A stretch of 64,000 bases of DNA from Malacoraja senta (taxonomy: Eukaryota), in the NCBI GenBank assembly GCA_038087875.1, contig CM075991.1, positions 9,922,001 through 9,986,000 on the forward strand, written 5' to 3'. The notes beneath the pieces are model-generated. The model had not been told where the DNA came from. It worked only from the letters and a program-made list of their open reading frames with translations, and searched no databases. A program made the translations under genes and the position numbers. Within the stretch, counting starts at the first letter, position 1. The number at the start of each line of letters is the position of its first letter. Shown here piece by piece: positions 63,637-64,000 of the stretch.

Positions 63637-64000
63637 CTTCTCCGTGGATTGTCACCTTGTCGTGGTGCTAGGAGCTTGTGTGGTCCTGACAACCTGAGAG
63701 CGATGCCCTCTGGAGCTATGCTCCTGGTAGGACCACCCAAGGTCGAGGGGGAGGTCCCTGACAAAGAGCAATCCAACCAAGACCTCAACGGTGGAACAGG
63801 CGGAGGACGATGGCTGACCTTAGTGGAGCGTCACAACGGCTGGGAAGGCGGATGAAGGCTGCAGCAGAAAAGGGTCTCCGGTCGTCTTGGACTCCATGCC
63901 ACTGGATCCTGACCCAGATCTGTCAAGGACCGTGTGGTGGCTGTCTGTGCACCAGTCTCCCCACGTTAAACAAAGTCACACACAGGCGTTCTCCACATAG
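63637..64000 (+). mobile_element. 5' end of an RTE-clade LINE (runs off the window)
   Basis: GGATTGTCACCTTGTCGTGGT...GCTTGTGTG...CTCCTGGTAGG...CTGACAAAGAGCAATCC resembles remembered BovB/Rex3 5' UTRs and the minus-strand end at 32794. Confidence 0.75.

Overview
Repeat-rich vertebrate DNA, very probably from a cartilaginous fish (skate/ray-like), judged by its HE1/V-SINE-, CR1- and Deu-SINE-type repeats. The only host gene I can support is the 3' end of EBF2 (COE family) on the + strand: a penultimate coding exon (759-941), a ~17 kb intron containing a 200-N gap, a terminal coding exon (18085-18116, ...AMTGLVVPPM*), and a 3' UTR with proximal (18546) and distal (23246) AATAAA signals. The rest is intronic or gene-desert DNA filled with tRNA-derived V-SINEs, 5'-truncated CR1, Rex1/Babar, RTE, Vingi-like and Penelope-like retroelements, two DNA-transposon families, CA/TG microsatellites and repeat-free islands that look like conserved enhancers. 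Most notable are: (i) dozens of short Penelope pLTR copies carrying a minimal hammerhead ribozyme motif, including a TSD-flanked mini-element and a tandem hammerhead array; (ii) a U1 snRNA-oligo(A)-CR1 chimeric retrocopy; (iii) HDV-like ribozyme folds at the 5' ends of two RTE elements; and (iv) candidate extra EBF2 exons. Family names come from recognition by eye, not database searches, and repeat boundaries are approximate unless a TSD is quoted. Nearly all ORF-track entries are transposon fragments or spurious.
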